DNA of 64,000 nt from Eledone cirrhosa (GCA_964016885.1 OZ024744.1:75082001-75146000), one strand, 5' to 3'. Shown: positions 41,217 to 54,547, counted from the stretch's first letter. Program-made: numbers and translations. The notes: a model not told the origin generated them from the letters alone.

Positions 41217-42465
41217 TATACACATACACACGTACATATATATATATATACTTTCACATATATTCATATACATTTTTGGTTAGGAAAGAGCCTACCCATG
41301 TCCCACCCAATCATTCTTTTTACACGTCTTACAACTATTTTATTTCGTTTTATAATTATTATTGATTTATTTATTATTTATTCATGTGTCCTTTTTTCCG
41401 TTTAAGTTCTTTACTTTTGTGACAATGTATTCTTCAAGTTCCGATGGTTTTTTGGTCTTTTTTTATTACTATTATTATTATTATTTTCATTTTTTGTAAT
41501 TTTCGTGTTCGTTTTTAGTCGTACTATTTATGCTTCTTTGATTGTCTTTCTTTTCATTCCACTCCATTCTCATTTATGCCTCTTTCTTTCTTTCTTTCTC
41601 TCTCTCTCTCTCTTTCTTGTTCTCTCTCTCTTTTTCTCTCTCTCACTGTAGATATTTATCTGTCGCTAATTTTCTCCTATTCTCTCATTTACTCCCCCTC
41701 TTTTTATCATCACCTAATATCCATCTCTCATTCTTCCCCTCTCTTTCTCTCTTCCTTGAATAATTAAAGAAACATTTTTTGCTTCTTGCGAACTCTTATA
41801 TAACCATTTCTATTGGAATCATAAAAACTAATTTGATATAAAAATAGCCATATTCTTTAAAGTATACCATATATGCATACCATATATGCATACATAAATA
41901 CATACATATATATATATATTCATGCATATCTGAACACACATTTATCATTTTGTGATTTTGTATTCATGTATGTGTATATGGTGTGTCAATATATGTTTTA
42001 CTCTTGTCCTGGAATTGTTTCATGTGTATTTTTACGTGTGTTTGTGTATGTGCATTTATATTTTTATCATTCCTTCAAGTGTTTGTTTCTCTCCAAACCT
42101 TTGCAGCTGCTGTGCGGCCATTAAAACTGATACGGTAAAACTAGTTGAGCGCTTGTTAAAGAACTTCATAAGAGAATGTGTCTGAGTGATCTCTGAGCTC
42201 AGAACACTTAAATATAAAAAAGAAAATAATAATAACACGAGAAATCTTTCGCGATTCTCTGCTCCGTAGGATAGGGATTGAGAGTGCAAAAGAAAGAAAA
42301 TGCATCGTCTCTAAAGCTCAATCAGTGCCAGTGTAACTTCGTCTACACACAAACACAAATACACTCACTCGTCGGGATCCTAAATCGTTTCATATTACCC
42401 ACTCTACTACCCCAAGTATCGAGTACTCTGGTGGGTTATGGTCTAGTTGGTGTTTACCAACTCTA

Positions 42466-42561
<96 letters not shown>

Positions 42562-42564
42562 CTG

Positions 42565-42619
<55 letters not shown>

Positions 42620-42627
42620 ATATATAT

Positions 42628-43160
42628 ATGGTGGCTGCCAACTCGTTTTCGAGTACGGCCACTACTTCATATCCATGTAGGAGAAACCTTACTGATGCGC
42701 TGAACGAGTGTGACTTTTTAGTCCAGCCAGCGACTTGAAAACTCGGGTACAAACACTACACTTGTGACAATTATTGACACACAGTGCTGGGCCCATGGTA
42801 CCATGTGACGACAAGTGCAGAGAGATCTCCACATATAAAGCAATGCCTGTGCCGTGAAGCTTTTATAGTGAGCAAAGGCACTGCACAAAGCCAGTCCCAC
42901 TATCTTAAACAAGATGATATTTCCCAAAAAGAAGAACAAGTCAACATCATTGGATACCATCAGGGTTGCAGGTGTTATATCAGAGTTTTCCCTCTCATAA
43001 AATATATACATACATACATACATACATACATACATGATGGCTGCCCCCTCGTTATCGAGTATGGCCATTGCACGAGGAGAAAGAAAAAAAAAATAATAAT
43101 AATAAATAAATAAAAATAAAATAAATAAAAAGAAATATATATATATACATACACACGCAT

Positions 43161-43191
<31 letters not shown>

Positions 43192-43801
43192 CACACACAC
43201 ATGCATACATACATACATACATACATACATACATACATACATACATACATACATAAATACATACATACATGGTGGCTGCCAACTCGTTTTCGAGTACGGC
43301 CACTACTTTATATCCATGTAGGAGAACCCCTACCGATGCGCTGAACGAGTGTGACTTTTTAGTCCAGCCAGCGACTTGAAAACTCTTGTACAAACACTAC
43401 ACTTGTGACAATTACTGACACATAGTGCTCGGCCCATGGTACCATGTGACGACAAGTGCAGAGAGATCTCCACATATAAAGCAATGCCTGTGCCGTGAAG
43501 CTTTTATAGTGAGCAAAGGCACTGCACAAAGCCAGTCCCACTATCTTAAACAAGATGATATTTCCCAAAAAGAAGAACAAGTCAACATCATTGGATACCA
43601 TCAGGGTTGCAGGTGTTATATCAGAGTTTTCCCTCTCATAAAATATATACATACATACATACATACATACATACATGATGGCTGCCCCCTCGTTATCGAG
43701 TATGGCCATTGCACGAGGAGAAAGAAAAAAAAAATAATAATAATAAATAAATAAAAATAAAATAAATAAAAAGAAATATATATATATACATACACACGCA
43801 T

Positions 43802-43832
<31 letters not shown>

Positions 43833-44297
43833 CACACACACATGCATACATACATACATACATACATACATACATACATACATACATACATACATACATA
43901 CATACATACATACATACATAAATACATACATACATGGTGGCTGCCAACTCGTTTTCGAGTACGGCCACTACTTTATATCCATGTAGGAGAACCCCTACCG
44001 ATGCGCTGAACGAGTGTGACTTTTTAGTCCAGCCAGCGACTTGAAAACTCTGGTACAAACACTACACTTGTGACAATTACTGACACATAGTGCTCGGCCC
44101 ATGGTACCATGTGACGACAAGTGCAGAGAGATCTCCAGATTTAAAGCAATGCCTGTGCCGTGAAGCTTTTATAGTGAGCAAAGGCACTGCACAAAGCCAG
44201 TCCCACTCTCTTAACCAAGATGATATTTACCAAAAAGAAGAACAAGTCAACATCATTGGATACCATCAGTGTTGCAGGTGTTATATCAGAGTTTTCC

Positions 44298-44328
<31 letters not shown>

Positions 44329-44388
44329 CATACATACATACATACATACATACATACATACATACATACATACATACATACATACATA
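42628..44388 (-). repeat. Tandem triplication of a ~650-bp unit: RTE-BovB-like 3' end plus (CATA)n/(CA)n
   Basis: Units start at 42628, 43269 and 43934; the minus strand encodes [25 protein letters not shown] (C2H2-like RTE terminus) followed by a short UTR and (ATGT)n. Confidence 0.85.
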
Positions 44389-44700
44389 ATGGCGGCATCT
44401 CGGTTTCGAGAATTGCCATTCCTTCACCTTTTTATCATACATGGGTGGCACGAACATAACTTTTTTAGCCCTGCTAAGGACTTTGATCCTCTTTTGCAGC
44501 GAAAGAAAAAAGAAAAGGCCATATTTATGTAACATACGTGGAAGTCCTTTCGACCAAGATTTACCTGCGCTTGAAGCTTTCTTAAGTGAAAATGACCTTG
44601 CACTGTGTCAATCCCACTCTCTGCACAACTGTGACAGGTATCTAAGATGAAGAATAAATCAACATCATTGGATGCCATTCAGTCGCAGGTTTTATATAAG
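44389..44700 (-). mobile_element. Diverged RTE-BovB-like 3' end, second subfamily
   Basis: Shares TCCAATGATGTTGA, RCKRGSKSLAGLKK and a CTCGAAA.CGAG..GC.GCCAT end abutting (ATGT)n. Confidence 0.65.
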
Positions 44701-45200
44701 AGTAATGCAAGACGGGGGAGATAATTACGAACAATGGATGAGATGTTAGCCGATTCAGTAGCGAAGATACGCGTATAATTTTATATCTATTACTATTGGA
44801 GCTACATGATATAGACTAACCCACATGGGCGAATGTATGACTGAATCTCAATTTGTGGAGAATGAACGTAGCTCCTTAATCCTATAGCTACAAATGGCTG
44901 CAATATACAGAACCTTCCAAAATCTATAAAATAACCTTACAATTCGAAGAAGGAATGATTGCACAAGCGACAATGAATATTTTACTTTCTTTACAATCAT
45001 GCCACCGAGAAGGTGACCGGTCAAAAATTAAGTCAAAATTACAGAAAGTAGTAACTGCATATGAGCAGATCCATCCTGGAGTCGGATCCATACATTCCAT
45101 GTGAGACCCTGAGCCTATCATCTGTGAAACACGCTTAACGTGTCGATACAAAATAAAAATACAAATACATGTAAACAAAACAATATATATATATAGAGAC

Positions 45201-45233
<33 letters not shown>

Positions 45234-45260
45234 CGTACGTGCGTGTGCGTGTGTGTGCGC

Positions 45261-45299
<39 letters not shown>

Positions 45300-45887
45300 C
45301 ATGCATACATACAGTCATTCACTGAGAAGAATCCCGTATATATTAGGTGCACAGGCTACCAAATATATATGTATATATATATATATGTTTATGTATATAT
45401 GTATATATGAACGTATGTATGTGTATATATATATGTGTGTGTGTGTGTATATAATATATATATATATATTCGTGTATATAATATATATGTGTGTGTGCGT
45501 GTGTATGTGTGTGTGTGTGTGTGCGTGTGTGTGTGTTTTAAAGCAGAAATAAATGGGTATGATTAATAGTGATTTGAGGCCCTACATAATGTATCTGCCC
45601 AAATTAGTTTTGTATATATGTGTCATGCTATCTTTCTAAATCTCTCACCGTGTCACGCGTACTCCAAATTATAGTGTCTCCCATCACCTGTTTAACTGCA
45701 GGGCAGTTACTATACTATTGTTTCAATGTACTAACTGTCAGAACTTGTGATTCTGAATGCAGGTTTAAAACTAATATACCCAATCTCCATCACCTGTTTA
45801 GTTGGGCCTCTCCAAATGCTTCTAATTTATGTCACAAACTGCTACCTGTCTTTGGTTTCTTCTTTTAATTTATTCGTTATTATTATC

Positions 45888-46083
45888 GGTGGATTGGCAG
45901 TATCGGTAGAAGGTCGGGCACCAAGCTTTGCAGCATAGAGTTACGTCCATTTACGGACTGAGTTCAAATTCCGCAGAGGTTAACTTTGCCTTTCATCCTT
46001 ACAAGGGTCGATAAAGTAAAGTACCAGTAATACACTGGGATAATTGCTGGCCTGGTGCCAAAAGTAGAAACAATTATTATTAT
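45888..46083 (+). mobile_element. Full-length SINE family A
   Basis: GGTGGATTGGCAGTATCGGTAG..GAGTTCAAATTCC..GTAGAAACAATTATTATTATT; preceded by TTATTATTAT. Confidence 0.92.
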
Positions 46084-46084
46084 T

Positions 46085-48745
46085 AACACATCACTAACGA
46101 AGAGATAAAACAAGCAAAGGTCTTGGTTAAAAAGACCGGACACAGAGTAAGTCTCACCCGCCCAGCTGAGATACTAAGAAACAAGCTTTTGTGTTCGGTC
46201 AGTTATCGCACGATCGGATCAAAATCGCGGCGAGATGAACGGGCAACAGAGTCACAGGTCCAACGAGCCGTGGACACCATCTGGGCACAGAAAAGATACA
46301 TATCCCGGGGATCGAGATATGGCACTGTGGATATGCTCTTCGCTAGACCAGAAGAAGCCAGAGCACACTCCATTGCGCCACTCAGTAATGACGAAATCAC
46401 AATGATGCCCACATACTGCTGCCAGAGAGTCGTGAGGGTTCGATGGCCCGGGTTCCACCCTCAGTGGAGATGGCGTGGTTGACGGAGGCCGTCCTCGCTG
46501 ACGTTGAGGATTCAACAACCATACTCAACGTCATACGAATAAGACAGGAAAATTGGACAGGGTCGGGGATGGAGCTAATCATCCAAGCAAACCATGAGAG
46601 CATTGAGGCCAACCCCGATGTAATAGACCTGGAAGACGGCAGCCATCTACCCGTGACTGTCGAAGGTAGGCGCCCAAGATGTCCGAGGGAACATCACCAA
46701 AAGAATATTCACGGATATTCTCGTGGAGAAACCCACCAATGGTCGGAGGGATGGATCACACACCCCCTTCCTAAAAAAGAGCCACAGGTAATTTTTGTAC
46801 CTCACCCCTCTCACTTGTTTTCATCCTATACTAGCCAACATGGCTTCTCTCAGAATAGGTAGCATAAATGCACGTGGCCTGGGATCCTCTTGGAAGCAGG
46901 ACCACCTGCTTAACGATCTCAGGTCGCAAACATAGATGTGGTGGCCATCAGCGAGACACGAATCTCCGAGGCCCTGGCATTTGCACCCATTTTCGGCGGC
47001 TGCAAGGTGTACACATCTCCGAGCCGTTCCGGATCTTGAGGGGGGGGGGGCGTGTTGTTCTGGATCTCGAGATGGTAAGTAGGTGGTACTGGACGTGACC
47101 AGCTGAGAAGGACAAGGTTTCAGGCTTGTGGCCGCCTATGCCCCAACAGGAGCAGGACGGCCTGATTTTCTTCCGGCGTCTGGAGACCTTTCTTGGAACG
47201 TGCCGCTCTCTAGTGTTAGTGGACGAGAGGAAAGGGATCTTAGATGCACACTGGGATTGTGTGGGATTATCGGATAGGGGAGGAGGGTGTAAGCGCCTCA
47301 CAAACCTACTCAGGCGTTTTCAACTGTCGGACAAGTACCGATTGGATTTCTTGAATGTGCCAATGTGGACAAAGCGCATCGGGTCATCCAGATCATATCT
47401 AGATAGATTATTTTGTAGGGAAATAGATAGGTCTAGCATAGGCCGTCCACAATTCAAGATAGTTAGCTACACGGACCATAAATTCGTGATCTGTGTGGTT
47501 GACTGAGATAGGCTTCATAGACTGGGACCTGATTACTGGAAGCTAAAAGCGTCATTACCAGCGCGCAAGGCCTACAGAGACCAGGTTAGCAAATTAGTTA
47601 AGCGGGCGTTGACGGGGGCCATCGTCAGCAACAAGTGGTGGTTTGCTCTGAAAAGAGCGATTAGAATAGAGTCCATTAGGTTTAGTAAGGCTTTAGCGAT
47701 AGAGAAAAATAGAGCAGAGGGAGAATTAGTTAGAAAATTAGACGAGGCGCTGAGCAAAGGCATCGCGACCGACGTACTTGCGGCAAAATTGGCCCTTGAC
47801 CAATTCTTCAATACAAAGCACGAAGGCTGCGTTGTCAGAGCTAGGGTGCGTGCTCTCAGACACGAGGAGACGAAAGCCGTTCAATGGGCACGAGTGACGA
47901 GGCGCGTCGTGGCAACAAATCCACGATCCGGTCTTTGGTGGACCAGGGCGGGCGCATGCTACTCGATCCCGGGCAAAAGTTGAAGCTTTTCAACGACACT
48001 TCGCTGAGCTGTTCGGCGGCAGCGGCTGGCCGGATCGAGGTGAGGACTTTAGTGCCTACCTCGACGGACTGCCGCGGCTCTCGGCCACTGAGGCAGAGTG
48101 CTGCGAAAAACCGATAACAGCCGCTGCAGTACGGGAGGCAATGACTGGCTGCACAAGAGGTAAATCGCCTGGTTTGGATGGTCTGCCCTATGAACTTTAC
48201 GTACAGTTGCCAGACTTGTTCGGAGGCCTCTTGGCGGACGTCTACTGCAACTGGCAACAGAACGGGAGAATTGCTAGCTCTGTGAGCCGAGGAATATTTA
48301 GCGCTGCTGAGAAAGGATCCGAACAAAGGGGATCACATAGATAATTTCAGGCCCATAACTCTGTTAAACAAAGAATTCAAGATTTTGGCCAAGGTGCTAG
48401 CAAAGAGGTTGGAGCTTGCCGTTGGTGGTCTGGTGGGAGAGGCGCAGACATGCGCCATTCCAGACAGATCCTTCCATGACAGGGAACCTGGCACGGGTGG
48501 GTCCTTGATCAATTTAGATCAGTCGAAAGCTTTCGATAGGGTCGACCATCGTTATCTGGCGGCAGTCCTAAGGGCGGCTGGCTTTGGGCCTCGTTTCTAT
48601 GTCTTTTTTTCTTTCTTTTCTTATATAACTAATAAAAATCTTTACACGCTCAAAACCCACATCGTACCGTCCTGTACCGTCCTGTGCCGTCTGTAATGTT
48701 TTTCTTGATGTCAGCCCCTGTGGCCAATAAAAAATCATTATTATT
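46085..48745 (+). mobile_element. Second L1/Tx1 element: 5'-truncated ORF1, ORF2 from 46840, 3' half of ORF2 missing, terminal tail retained
   Basis: 46840-48594 closely matches 7882-9705 with small deletions; then jumps to a T-rich UTR ending CCCCTGTGGCCAATAAAAAATC(ATT)n. Confidence 0.9.
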
Positions 48746-48933
48746 GTGGATTGGCAGTATCGGTAAGGGTCGGACGCCATGCTTTGAAGCATAGAGTTAC
48801 CTTCCTTTATGATCTGAGTTCAAATCCCGCCGAGGTTAACTTTGCCTTTCATCCTTACGGGGTCGATAAAATAAAGTACCAGTAATGCACTGGTATTATT
48901 GCTGGCCTTGTGCCAAAAATAGAAACAATTATT
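48746..48933 (+). mobile_element. Full-length SINE family A directly after the Tx1 tail
   Basis: GTGGATTGGCAGTATCGGTAAGG..GAGTTCAAATCCCGCCGAGG..AGAAACAATTATT. Confidence 0.92.
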
Positions 48934-50148
48934 GTAACGTTTTTCATTTGGTCAGAAAAAGGAGTCGCTCGTTGTAGAACGTTTTGGCTATTTAAAATTG
49001 AGTTCTATTATAAATATTGCATTCATATTTTTCCATATTTGTTAATTTATCTTTTTCAAGTCAACTTTATACGAAATACCTAAACAGTAACTATATGAAC
49101 TTGATAACAAATAATTGTTTCTTATATCAGCACAAGCTTGATAAATAATAAAACATTACTTCAACAGTGGAGCATAAATATTTAGAGAAGCACATTGAAT
49201 TAGAATATAAATATTTACTATTTTCTAGGACTTATATATTTTTAGTAATCCTTCGCTCCCCACTAACATTATTTACAAAACAAATATCTCCATAAAATAA
49301 ATGGATTTAATATAAGATTTAACATAAGTCATATAGTAAATTAAAATTTTACGTCTGACTTTAGGGCTTTTATTGTAAGCTATTTAGGAAATAATTTAAG
49401 GAAGTTATAAAGCAATTTCAGTAGTCTTCATGATTGTTGTATAATGAAATATTCGTGTGTGTATATGGGGGGGGGGGGGAGAAAGAGAGAGAAAGAGAGA
49501 GAGAGAGCTTGTGTGTGTAATTCAGACATCAGTTTTATTCTTATTATCAATGGTACAACCTGTTTCTGAAATCTACGTGCAAGTTGCTTAGCATTCCGTA
49601 GATTTGGCGAGACACAATATGTAACAAGGCTGGACCCTTCACTCGTGTATACAACTCATTTGATTCCGGCTCATTAGATTGCAGCAGCTTGAAAAGTGTT
49701 ATTGTTCAATGACATAACGCACATTAACTACTAAAAGCCGAACACCTTAACTCCTGAGCCCCACACATTCATAATGAAACATCAAATACGATAGCATCTG
49801 GCATAGTTTTATTACAACTTTGTATTCTATAGATAAAGTAGAAAAGGGGAAAATATATATGTTGTGCCGGCGAAGCATGAGAAAATAGACTAAAAATTAC
49901 CCTTAGTGGCGTTATATATATTCTAAGGTTAAATCATATCTAGAATATAAGATTACTATTAACAAATACATTAAGTTACTTGGTTAAGTGCAGAAAGCTA
50001 ATTCTGATAATCAAAAATGTTTCAACAGCTTAATATAGCATAAAAAACACGAAGCTACCATATAGAGTAAGTAGAGACCTCTACACTTACTGGAAATTAG
50101 GAATCGATTGCTCACTCGGGTGAACGTACCCTAACTGGACGTTACAGT

Positions 50149-50199
<51 letters not shown>

Positions 50200-50892
50200 G
50201 GGGGGGGGGGTGTATATATAAGTTTGTGACAGCTCATCTATGCTGGTCTCCTCCAAGGTATATCTCGTTGGAGATGTCTTGGGAGATTTAATGATAGGGA
50301 CCCCACTCCCATCATCTCATTTCTACAGCTGAGTAAACTGAGTATATATATATATATGTGTCTGTGTGTGTATGACAATTATTATAAAGAAGGACGAATC
50401 AGTGTTATATAATATCATATGTATTAACAGATCTTCAGATATGTCTTTGTGTTCAAACATCTCAGCTGTTACTTATCTGTAGTACATATGAACATCCTGT
50501 TATTTCGGCTTTTTCATTGGTTCAATAATCTCATCGTCACCATCTTTCATCATCATCATTCTTTATAATATTTTACTCTGCTCCGCATGAGCATCGAGTG
50601 CTTAACCGCTGCTCAACCGATATACATACATGTAGATATACATAGAAACACACATACACACACAGACACACACACACAGGCACACACACACACACATACA
50701 TACATACATACATACATAAAAACATACACACCTATTTTTATACACACATCTCTCAGACTCTAAACACAAGCACATATACAACCAGTAGAAATACCACCTA
50801 TATGTAAGTGGACAGGAAAGTATGTGTTATCAATTGGTCAAACATTTATAAACATACTCACTTATAACTGCATAAACATACACATGTTTTTC

Positions 50893-51530
50893 TAGGGGCG
50901 AGGGGGGGGGGGGGGGGGGGTAACATTACCGAGATCCATGGACGAGTTCTCTCCAGCGGTCTCTGTCCCTCATTATCGCTGCCATGTCCTGCGTCTCCAA
51001 CAGACCAGTGTCTGTCCTTAGGGTATCAACATACGTTAACCTTGATCTTCCTCTTCCAGTGTGTCTGGATGTCGGTGAGCATGTCCAGCTAAACTCAGTC
51101 TCCCCTGTGTCACTTTTGAGCTGACTTTTGGGAGGCTCCTATGCAGCTCTGAGATTTTCATCCTCAGTGATACTGATTAATGTTCAGAGCCATCCTCAGC
51201 ATTCTCGTGTAGCACCCATCCACCATCTGTGTGAGTTTCTTGGTCAGTGTCCAAGTCTCAAACCCGTACAGCAGCACATTCTCTACTACAGCAATGAAGA
51301 GGCGGATTTTCAGGACTTTACGAAGGTCCGACTTCCACACCGATCTCAAACTGTGGGACGCCGCCCAGGCTTTGCTCTCTTCCTCTCAACCACATGATCT
51401 TCCGTATTACCAATCTTTGCTCCCAAATACAGGAAGTTCTCAACCAATTCTAGCGGCTTCCCGCCTACATTAGTGATCCCCTCTGGCTTCTCAACATTCT
51501 CTACCAGATATTTTGTTTTAGACTCATTCA
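50893..51530 (-). mobile_element. RTE-clade LINE, 5'-truncated, with internal deletion
   Basis: [61 protein letters not shown]. Confidence 0.88.
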
Positions 51531-51659
51531 TACACATACAGAAGCACATATTTTGTATAACTCTCGAAGTACAACCTAATGTGAGACTGAATTCTTCAAA
51601 CAGCGCGCCGCCTCTAACTATTGATACACATCCACCTAACACACACACACACACACACG

Positions 51660-51751
<92 letters not shown>

Positions 51752-51819
51752 TATACACACATATATATACACATATATACAGATCTACCAACTCATAATA
51801 TTATAATATTATAATAATA

Positions 51820-52012
51820 AGGGCGGTGAATTGGCAGTATCGGTAGAGAGTCGGACGCCATTCTTTCCAGCATAGTTACGTCCCTTTATGGTCTGAGTTC
51901 AAATCCCGCCGAGGTTAACTTTGCCTCTCATCCTTACGGGGTCGATAAAATAAAGTACCAGTAATATACTGGGTAATTGCTGGCCTGGTGCCAAAAGTAG
52001 AAACAATTATTA
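51820..52012 (+). mobile_element. Full-length SINE family A
   Basis: GGGCGGTGAATTGGCAGTATCGGTAGAG..GAGTTCAAATCCCGCCGAGG..GTAGAAACAATTATT. Confidence 0.93.
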
Positions 52013-52116
52013 TAATATTATAAAATTAAATCAAATTATTTAGAATTACAAGTGAAGTCATTCTTTTCCTTTTTTTCAAATATACCTAACTGTATCAAGG
52101 ACATCACACATTTTCC

Positions 52117-52147
<31 letters not shown>

Positions 52148-52269
52148 GAGGTGAGTTTTATTGTAGCACAATAAAGCAATGCAAATATCGGATAAGTAGC
52201 ACTCTACAGTTTGTAGGACTGGAGTATAAATAATATAAGATCAAAAGATGGTTAAAAGAGTTCGAAGTA

Positions 52270-52336
52270 TTTTATTATGTGCATTTCAAAAACAAATATC
52301 ATCATGAGATGACATCTGCGTTTTCATCAGATAAAA
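52270..52336 (-). ncRNA. Type I hammerhead motif (antisense arm)
   Basis: Reverse complement: ttttat-CTGATGA-aaac..gtttt-t-GAAA-tgcaca-TA-ataaaa. Confidence 0.7.
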
Positions 52337-52433
52337 TAGGGATACATGATATGAAGGTTAAAAAAACACTTGTGAATAGTGAAGTTTTAAATCAAACTAT
52401 TCACAAGTGTTTTTTTTATATCATGTATCCCTA

Positions 52434-52500
52434 TTTTATCTGATGAAAACGCAGATGTCATCTCATGATGATATTTGTTTTTGAAATGCGCATAATAAAA
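52434..52500 (+). ncRNA. Type I hammerhead motif with extended stem II and palindromic stem III
   Basis: ttttat-CTGATGA-aaac..36-nt stem II region..gtttt-t-GAAA-tgcgca-TA-ataaaa; helix I is 6/6; ATGCGCAT palindrome. Confidence 0.78.
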
Positions 52501-52641
52501 ATAAAATACTTGGAATTCTTTTAACCATCTTTTGATCTTATATTATATATATATATATATATACCATAACAACTTTTTAAATGGAAGTTGTAAAATTCTA
52601 AGGTATGTCAAATTTATTTATAAAACTGTTTATATATTGTA

Positions 52642-52703
52642 TTTTATCTGAAGAGGGCATACCATATTTTTAATATGATATTCCTGAAATATATATAATG
52701 AAA
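52642..52703 (+). ncRNA. Hammerhead motif, related subfamily
   Basis: ttttat-CTGAAGA-ggg..cct-GAAA-tatata-TA-atgaaa within a ~250-bp unit (52600-52850) repeated at 55768-55995. Confidence 0.6.
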
Positions 52704-52898
52704 TAAATATGGTTTTATAAATGTAGTTTCCATTTGTTTAATATCGTAAAATACTCCAAAACTTGTTGAGTGCTTTTATATCAGTTATAAAATATTTACT
52801 CGTTGTAACCCAACAATTTTAAATAAAACTTTTGCATATATATATATATATATATGTAAATGTCACTCTACATGGTTGAATACAATAAATGTAATCTG

Positions 52899-53141
52899 AG
52901 TTTTTCGAATATTAATAAAATTCGATACGTTTGCAATTTTGCAAACAAGCCTCAATTTTATAGCCATGTCAGGAAAGAAGGATGAGGGGTGATGCCCAGA
53001 AACATTAGTGTCTGCAGTTCTGTTCGCATGCCAATGTAAGAGCAAGAATGAAGTGTTCATTCTCCTGACATGGCTATGAAATTTAGGATTGTTTGCAAAA
53101 TTGCAAACGAATCTAATATTATTATTAATATTCGAAAAACT
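52899..53141. repeat. Fold-back / MITE-like element with ~75-bp inverted arms
   Basis: AGTTTTTCGAATATTAATAA..TTTGCAATTTTGCAAACAA..ATAGCCATGTCAGGA versus its reverse complement at 53063-53141. Confidence 0.8.
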
Positions 53142-53240
53142 ATGCATAAATATATATATATATGTGGGGGGGGGGGGTATGTGTGTGTGTATATATATAG
53201 TAAAGAAGAAATTAAAAGATGGTTAAAAGAGTTCCATATA

Positions 53241-53306
53241 TTTTATTATGCGCATTTCGAATACAAAGTCATCCTGGGACAAAAATTGTGTTCTCATCAG
53301 ATAAAA
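53241..53306 (-). ncRNA. Type I hammerhead motif, canonical core
   Basis: Reverse complement: ttttat-CTGATGA-GAAcACAA..TTGTaTTC-GAAA-tgcgca-TA-ataaaa; sits inside another inverted repeat (53195-53236 / 53368-53410). Confidence 0.82.
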
Positions 53307-53541
53307 TAAGATAACTTGTTTACCGGAAAGTGTTATTATGCCTCATATCATGTTACCTTTTATATCTTGGAACTCTTTTAACCATCTTTTAATTTCTTCT
53401 TTACTATATATACTCCAGTTCTACCGACTGTTGAGTGCTACTTATATGATATATGCATACTTTTTTTGTTCTACAATATTACTCACCTTCTACTTTATAT
53501 ATATATATTTATGTATGTATGTGTGTGTGTGTGTGTGAATG

Positions 53542-53730
<189 letters not shown>

Positions 53731-54053
53731 ATATATATATGTGTGTGTGTGAATATATGTATGTAGGTGTATGTATAGCGTGGCTGAGTGGTTAGGGAAT
53801 GGGATTCGCAAATTTGTGATTTCGATTCCCATACCAGGCGACGCATTATGTCACGTTGCTCCTTCTACCTGGAGTTGCGACCGATAGATAGTACTAGCAT
53901 TTGGAAAGACCAATGGAAACATTGTTTCATCTAACCGATTTGACGAAAGTCGATCGACTGTCGATATAAATATGCACATACATATATATATATTAAATAT
54001 ATATGTACGTGTGTATATATATGTATGTCTATATGAATATAAATGCATGTATA

Positions 54054-54124
<71 letters not shown>

Positions 54125-54513
54125 GTATGTATATATATATTATAGGAGTGAAACTTGATGGTCAGATATTAAATATATAGTTATACCTAAGGAGTCATTG
54201 ATCTATCGTGAGTTCTGTAATATGACAGAAAAAATTATGTGAGCTGAGTGACATTCCTACGCAATTATTATAAATGGAAGGAAACATTATGGTTAATTAA
54301 TGGAAATAGAATATACAATCCTCTATAACTAAGTTGCTATGGAAATTATTTTCAAAATTTCCTTTGTTTTTGTATAATTGCATGTTAACTTCAACTACGA
54401 TGTATTTCGTATTAATAACATTAAATTGATTTAAATACAAATGAATATTAATGCATTCTAATAAGTATTCCTCAGTGCAACTGATTTGATAACGATGGAT
54501 TTATGTGTCTTCA

Positions 54514-54547
<34 letters not shown>

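Larger units (their letters stand above)
52230..52546. repeat. ~317-bp near-perfect fold-back carrying hammerheads on both strands
   Basis: Arms 52230-52380 and 52396-52546 are reverse complements with few indels; 15-nt loop. Confidence 0.92.

Noticed and set aside
42628-44388. Regular repeat-spacer pattern suggesting a CRISPR-like array or a tandem gene family (109-aa ORFs)
   Set aside because: Units are ~650 bp and near-identical; the minus strand shows an RTE C-terminus. Eukaryotic context and no cas genes.
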